In this document: positions 63,602 through 64,000 of the stretch, piece after piece | Layout of the letters: each line of letters begins with the position of its first letter | Position numbering within the stretch: the first letter of the stretch is position 1 | NCBI RefSeq assembly: GCF_963921235.1 | Contig: NC_086097.1 | Location: 240,810,001-240,874,000, forward strand | Direction: 5' to 3' | DNA from: Mobula hypostoma | Lineage: Eukaryota | DNA length: 64,000 nt | The notes under the pieces: generated by a model | The model's database searches: none | Told to the model about the DNA's origin: nothing | The model's input: the letters and a program-made list of their open reading frames with translations, nothing else | Made by a program: the position numbers and the translations under genes

Positions 63602-64000
63602 AAACAACATCCATATATAATGAGTAATTCAGTGACTAAAGGGCTGACGAACACAGAGGTGTGTATTGGCAATTTAATACGGCTGTCTGAAGCCAGCTTG
63701 ATAGTGAACCTTGAAGAAAATGAATTCGGCCACACGAGGGTCACTTACCTGGGAATTGTGGTGACACAGGGGCAGCTGGCAGCGATGCAAGCTACAGTGC
63801 AGGCCATCGCTGACCTCCCAACCCCGACAGACAAGAGAGCCCTCAGAAGGCTCTTGGAGATGGTGGGGTACTGTAGGAAGTTTTGCAATAACTCTGCGGT
63901 CACTACCCCTCCCCCTCCTACTAAGCCCTTGCGAGAGAAAACTAAGTCAGAATGGGACGACCCTTGTTATTGTGGTCCGGGACAAAACCAAATGAGAGGT
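63602..64000 (+). pseudogene. pol: Deleted, catalytically dead reverse transcriptase remnant (frame +2, runs off the window)
   Basis: KQHPY is fused almost directly to NSVTKGLTNTEVCIGNL (CIGN at the YxDD position), then RLSEASLIVNL...VTYLG...AIADLPTPTDKRALRRLLEMVGYCRKFC, matching the end of Gypsy RT. Confidence 0.8.

Overview
Non-coding, transposon-saturated eukaryotic DNA; the repeat families point to a cartilaginous fish, probably a ray (inference). I cannot support any host protein-coding exon. Most ORF-track entries are fragments of CR1, Rex1/Babar-like, RTE and R4/Dong LINEs, V-SINE/HE1-like SINEs, Tc1/hAT MITEs, or translations of simple repeats. The window ends in a Gmr1-like Gypsy LTR element: 5' LTR 60066-61000, tRNA-Pro PBS, an open 833-aa Gag-protease ORF and an internally deleted pol. 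The most interesting signal is a family of about a dozen short Penelope-derived terminal repeats. They carry a minimal type-I hammerhead ribozyme motif (AGTC-CTGANGA-stem II-GAAAC-GTC-GACT), intact at 3463-3498, nearly intact at 16128-16163 and decayed elsewhere. One copy is a 204-bp fold-back insertion flanked by a perfect 13-bp target-site duplication. Family assignments come from motif recall, not database searches.
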